DNA of 64,000 nucleotides from Escherichia coli (GTDB lineage Bacteria; Pseudomonadota; Gammaproteobacteria; Enterobacterales; Enterobacteriaceae): NCBI RefSeq assembly GCF_016903815.1, contig NZ_CP069973.1; one strand, 5' to 3'. Shown piece by piece: positions 59,602 to 64,000 of this stretch (position 1 is its first letter; each line of letters starts with the position of its first letter). The notes under the pieces were generated by a model. It saw only the letters and a program-made list of their open reading frames with translations, ran no database searches and was not told where the DNA came from. The position numbers and the translations under genes were made by a program.

Positions 59602-61143
59602 ATGCCTTATCTACTTGAAATGAAGAACATTACCAAAACCTTCGGCAGTGTGAAGGCGATTGATAACGTCAGCTTGCGGTTGAATGCTGGCGAAATCGTC
59701 TCACTCTGTGGGGAAAATGGGTCTGGTAAATCAACGCTGATGAAAGTGCTGTGTGGTATTTATCCCCATGGCTCCTACGAAGGCGAAATTATTTTTGCGG
59801 GAGAAGAGATTCAGGCGAGTCACATCCGCGATACCGAACGCAAAGGTATCGCCATCATTCACCAGGAATTGGCCCTGGTGAAAGAATTGACTGTGCTGGA
59901 AAATATCTTCCTGGGTAACGAAATAACCCACAATGGCATTATGGATTATGACCTGATGACACTACGCTGTCAGAAGCTGCTCGTACAGGTCAGTTTATCT
60001 ATTTCACCAGATACCCGCGTTGGCGATTTAGGGCTTGGGCAACAACAACTGGTTGAGATTGCCAAGGCACTTAATAAACAGGTGCGTTTGTTAATTCTCG
60101 ATGAGCCGACAGCCTCATTAACTGAGCAGGAAACGTCGGTTTTACTGGATATTATTCGCGATCTACAACAGCACGGTATCGCCTGTATTTATATTTCGCA
60201 TAAACTCAACGAAGTCAAAGCGATTTCCGATACGATTTGCGTTATTCGCGACGGTCAGCACATTGGTACGCGTGATGCTGCCGGAATGAGTGAAGACGAT
60301 ATTATCACCATGATGGTCGGGCGAGAGTTAACCGCGCTTTACCCAAATGAACCACATACCACCGGAGATGAAATATTACGTATTGAACATCTGACGGCAT
60401 GGCATCCGGTTAATCGTCATATTAAACGAGTTAATGATGTCTCGTTTTCCCTGAAACGTGGCGAAATACTGGGTATTGCCGGACTCGTTGGTGCCGGACG
60501 TACCGAGACCATTCAGTGCCTGTTTGGCGTGTGGCCCGGACAATGGGAAGGAAAAATTTATATTGATGGCAAACAGGTAGATATTCGTAACTGTCAGCAA
60601 GCCATCGCCCAGGGGATTGCGATGGTACCCGAAGACAGAAAGCGCGACGGCATCGTTCCGGTAATGGCGGTTGGTAAAAATATTACTCTCGCCGCACTCA
60701 ATAAATTTACCGGTGGCATTAGCCAGCTTGATGACGCTGCAGAGCAAAAATGTATTCTGGAATCAATCCAGCAACTCAAAGTTAAAACGTCGTCCCCCGA
60801 CCTTGCTATTGGACGTTTGAGCGGCGGCAATCAGCAAAAAGCGATCCTCGCTCGCTGTCTGTTACTTAACCCGCGCATCCTCATTCTTGATGAACCTACC
60901 AGGGGTATCGATATTGGCGCGAAATACGAGATCTACAAATTAATTAACCAACTCGTCCAGCAGGGTATTGCCGTTATTGTCATCTCTTCCGAATTACCTG
61001 AAGTGCTCGGCCTTAGCGATCGTGTACTGGTGATGCATGAAGGGAAACTAAAAGCCAACCTGATAAATCATAACCTGACTCAGGAGCAGGTGATGGAAGC
61101 CGCATTGAGGAGCGAACATCATGTCGAAAAGCAATCCGTCTGA
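59602..61143 (+). CDS. xylG: D-xylose ABC transporter ATP-binding protein
   Basis: 513-aa ORF with duplicated ABC cassettes (GENGSGKST and a second Walker A). Confidence 0.95.
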
Positions 61144-62302
61144 AGTGAAATTAGCCGTACCGACATCCGGTGGCTTTTCCGGGCTGAAATCACTGAATTT
61201 GCAGGTCTTCGTGATGATTGCAGCTATCATCGCAATCATGCTGTTCTTTACCTGGACCACCGATGGTGCCTACTTAAGCGCCCGTAACGTCTCCAACCTG
61301 TTACGCCAAACCGCGATTACCGGCATCCTCGCGGTAGGAATGGTGTTCGTCATAATTTCTGCTGAAATCGACCTTTCCGTCGGCTCAATGATGGGGCTGT
61401 TAGGTGGCGTCGCGGCGATTTGTGACGTCTGGCTAGGCTGGCCTTTGCCACTTACCATCATTGTGACTTTGGTTCTGGGACTGCTTCTCGGTGCCTGGAA
61501 CGGATGGTGGGTCGCGTACCGCAAAGTCCCTTCATTTATTGTCACCCTCGCGGGCATGTTGGCATTTCGCGGCATACTCATTGGCATCACCAACGGCACG
61601 ACTGTTTCCCCCACCAGCGCCGCGATGTCACAAATCGGGCAAAGCTATCTACCCGCCAGCACCGGCTTCATCATTGGCGCGCTTGGCTTAATGGCTTTTG
61701 TTGGCTGGCAATGGCGCGGAAGAATGCGCCGTCAGGCTTTGGGTTTGCAGTCTCCGGCTTCTACCGCAGTAGTCGGTCGCCAGGCTTTAACCGCTATCAT
61801 CGTATTAGGCGCAATCTGGCTGTTGAATGATTACCGTGGCGTTCCCACTCCTGTTCTGCTGCTGACGTTGCTGTTACTCGGCGGAATGTTTATGGCAACG
61901 CGGACGGCATTTGGACGACGCATTTATGCCATCGGCGGCAATCTGGAAGCAGCACGGCTCTCCGGGATTAACGTTGAACGCACCAAACTTGCCGTGTTCG
62001 CTATTAACGGATTAATGGTAGCCATCGCCGGATTAATCCTCAGTTCTCGACTTGGCGCTGGTTCACCTTCTGCGGGAAATATCGCCGAGCTGGACGCAAT
62101 TGCAGCATGCGTGATTGGCGGCACCAGTCTGGCAGGCGGCGTCGGGAGCGTGGCCGGAGCGGTAATGGGGGCATTCATCATGGCTTCACTGGATAACGGC
62201 ATGAGTATGATGGATGTACCGACCTTCTGGCAGTATATCGTTAAAGGTGCGATTCTGTTGCTGGCAGTATGGATGGACTCCGCAACCAAACGCCGTTCTT
62301 GA
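61121..62302 (+). CDS. xylH: D-xylose ABC transporter permease
   Basis: 393-aa ORF; ATG at 61121 overlaps the xylG end by 23 nt. Confidence 0.95.
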
Positions 62303-62379
62303 TTTTGATAAAAATTTTCTCAAAGCCGGTAACGTATTACCGGTTTTGAGTTTTTGCATGATTCAGCAGGAAAAGAACC

Positions 62380-63558
62380 ATGTTTACTAAACGTCACCGC
62401 ATCACATTACTGTTCAATGCCAATAAAGCCTATGACCGGCAGGTAGTAGAAGGCGTAGGGGAATATTTACAGGCGTCACAATCGGAATGGGATATTTTCA
62501 TTGAAGAAGATTTCCGCGCCCGCATTGATAAAATCAAGGACTGGTTAGGAGATGGCGTCATTGCCGACTTCGACGACAAACAAATCGAGCAAGCGCTGGC
62601 TGATGTCGACGTCCCCATTGTTGGGGTTGGTGGCTCGTATCACCTTGCCGAAAGTTACCCACCCGTTCATTACATTGCCACCGATAACTATGCGCTGGTT
62701 GAAAGCGCATTTTTGCATTTAAAAGAGAAAGGCGTTAACCGCTTTGCTTTTTATGGTCTTCCGGAATCAAGCGGTAAACGTTGGGCCACTGAACGCGAAT
62801 ATGCATTTCGTCAGCTTGTCGCCGAAGAAAAGTATCGCGGAGTGGTTTATCAGGGGTTAGAAACCGCGCCAGAGAACTGGCAACACGCGCAAAATCGGCT
62901 GGCAGACTGGCTACAAACGCTGCCACCGCAAACCGGGATTATTGCCGTTACTGACGCCCGGGCGCGGCATATTCTGCAAGTATGTGAACATCTACATATT
63001 CCCGTACCGGAAAAATTATGCGTGATTGGCATCGATAACGAAGAACTGACCCGCTATCTGTCGCGTGTCGCCCTTTCTTCGGTCGCTCAGGGCGCGCGGC
63101 AAATGGGCTATCAGGCGGCAAAACTGTTGCATCGATTATTAGATAAAGAAGAAATGCCGCTACAGCGGATTTTGGTCCCGCCAGTTCGCGTCATTGAACG
63201 GCGCTCAACAGATTACCGCTCGCTGACCGATCCCGCCGTTATTCAGGCCATGCATTACATTCGTAATCACGCCTGTAAAGGGATTAAAGTGGATCAGGTA
63301 CTGGATGCGGTGGGCATATCACGCTCCAATCTTGAGAAGCGTTTTAAAGAAGAGGTGGGTGAAACCATCCATGCCATGATTCATGCCGAGAAGCTGGAGA
63401 AAGCGCGCAGTCTGCTGATTTCAACCACCTTGTCGATCAATGAGATATCGCAAATGTGCGGTTATCCATCGCTGCAATATTTCTACTCTGTTTTTAAAAA
63501 AGCATATGACACGACGCCAAAAGAGTATCGCGATGTAAATAGCGAGGTCATGTTGTAG
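62380..63558 (+). CDS. xylR: AraC-family xylose operon activator
   Basis: 392-aa ORF; periplasmic-binding-protein-like N-domain and C-terminal AraC-type HTH. Confidence 0.95.
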   Translation: MFTKRHRITLLFNANKAYDRQVVEGVGEYLQASQSEWDIFIEEDFRARIDKIKDWLGDGVIADFDDKQIEQALADVDVPIVGVGGSYHLAESYPPVHYIATDNYALVESAFLHLKEKGVNRFAFYGLPESSGKRWATEREYAFRQLVAEEKYRGVVYQGLETAPENWQHAQNRLADWLQTLPPQTGIIAVTDARARHILQVCEHLHIPVPEKLCVIGIDNEELTRYLSRVALSSVAQGARQMGYQAAKLLHRLLDKEEMPLQRILVPPVRVIERRSTDYRSLTDPAVIQAMHYIRNHACKGIKVDQVLDAVGISRSNLEKRFKEEVGETIHAMIHAEKLEKARSLLISTTLSINEISQMCGYPSLQYFYSVFKKAYDTTPKEYRDVNSEVML

Positions 63559-63620
63559 CGATGATGAGAATTGTCGGCGTCGCATCAGGTAACTCAGCAC
63601 AATCACCTGATGGGAGCAAA

Positions 63621-63652
63621 AGCCTTATCCGACCGACAAGTCGGATAAGGCT
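63621..63652. repeat. REP-like perfect hairpin between convergent xylR and bax
   Basis: agccttatccgac-cgacaa-gtcggataaggct; a second inverted repeat (catcaggt...acctgatg) lies just upstream. Confidence 0.6.
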
Positions 63653-63665
63653 CGAGGAAATGCAA

Positions 63666-64000
63666 TTACATATGTGCCGCGATTAACCGTTGGTTATCCT
63701 GGTACATTGCGAACAGGTAGTTGTTATAACTCTTCCCTTTGGTCGAGTAGCCCTTCAGCTTGTGAATCATCGCTGTGGCAGTCACTTCCTGATCTGCTTT
63801 ACGCAGCTGTGCACGCGATTTACGGAACGAAGAGTAAGCCGGATGCGTATTCAGGTTAGTAACATAGGCGCTCACCGATTCTTTGACAGAACTAAACTGT
63901 GAGTACCCCTTCACTTTACCCGGCGCATTAGTACAACGTCCTTTCATGCATTTCATGCCGAACAGATTGTTGTTGTTGCGCGCCAGCTTCGACGTTCCCC
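63666..64000 (-). CDS. bax: Bax-like protein, 3' portion (gene continues beyond window end)
   Basis: Stop at 63666..63668; reading frame stays open to the window edge. Confidence 0.7.
   Translation of the reverse strand, partial: GTSKLARNNNNLFGMKCMKGRCTNAPGKVKGYSQFSSVKESVSAYVTNLNTHPAYSSFRKSRAQLRKADQEVTATAMIHKLKGYSTKGKSYNNYLFAMYQDNQRLIAAHM

Overview
The window reads as a collinear, core-chromosome segment of an Escherichia coli-type enterobacterium, running from yhjC to the 3' part of bax. All gene names below come from my recognition of the translated ORFs and their order, not from a database search. Content: yhjC-yhjD-yhjE, yhjG, pdeH, kdgK, yhjJ, dctA, pdeK, the divergent cellulose clusters bcsR-Q-A-B-Z-C (minus strand) and bcsEFG (plus strand), a tandem array of three Ldr/Rdl-type type I toxin-antitoxin repeats, yhjV, dppABCDF, tRNA-Pro (proK), eptB, yhjX, yhjY, tag, yiaC, bisC, yiaD, ghrB, yiaF, yiaG, cspA, a YidD-like small ORF, hokA/mokA/sokA, glyQS, ysaB, wecH, yiaA-yiaB, xylBA and xylFGHR, and bax (partial). 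I see no IS element, integrase, prophage block or CRISPR array, so this is an ordinary core region rather than an accessory island, and I did not find a new multi-gene system. The observations most worth a second look are strain-level differences from the K-12 organisation as I remember it: (1) three tandem Ldr copies where I recall one; (2) bcsQ interrupted by an in-frame TGA at codon 120, while codon 6 is an intact TTG; (3) bcsC about 130 codons shorter than the 1157-aa form I recall; (4) an intact hokA/sokA locus with no IS, next to an unusual Cys-rich YidD-like ORF; (5) tRNA-Pro 3'-end-like fragments beside proK. Start codons were chosen by matching expected protein N-termini to ATG positions that I checked in the sequence; several ORF-track entries begin at upstream alternative starts.
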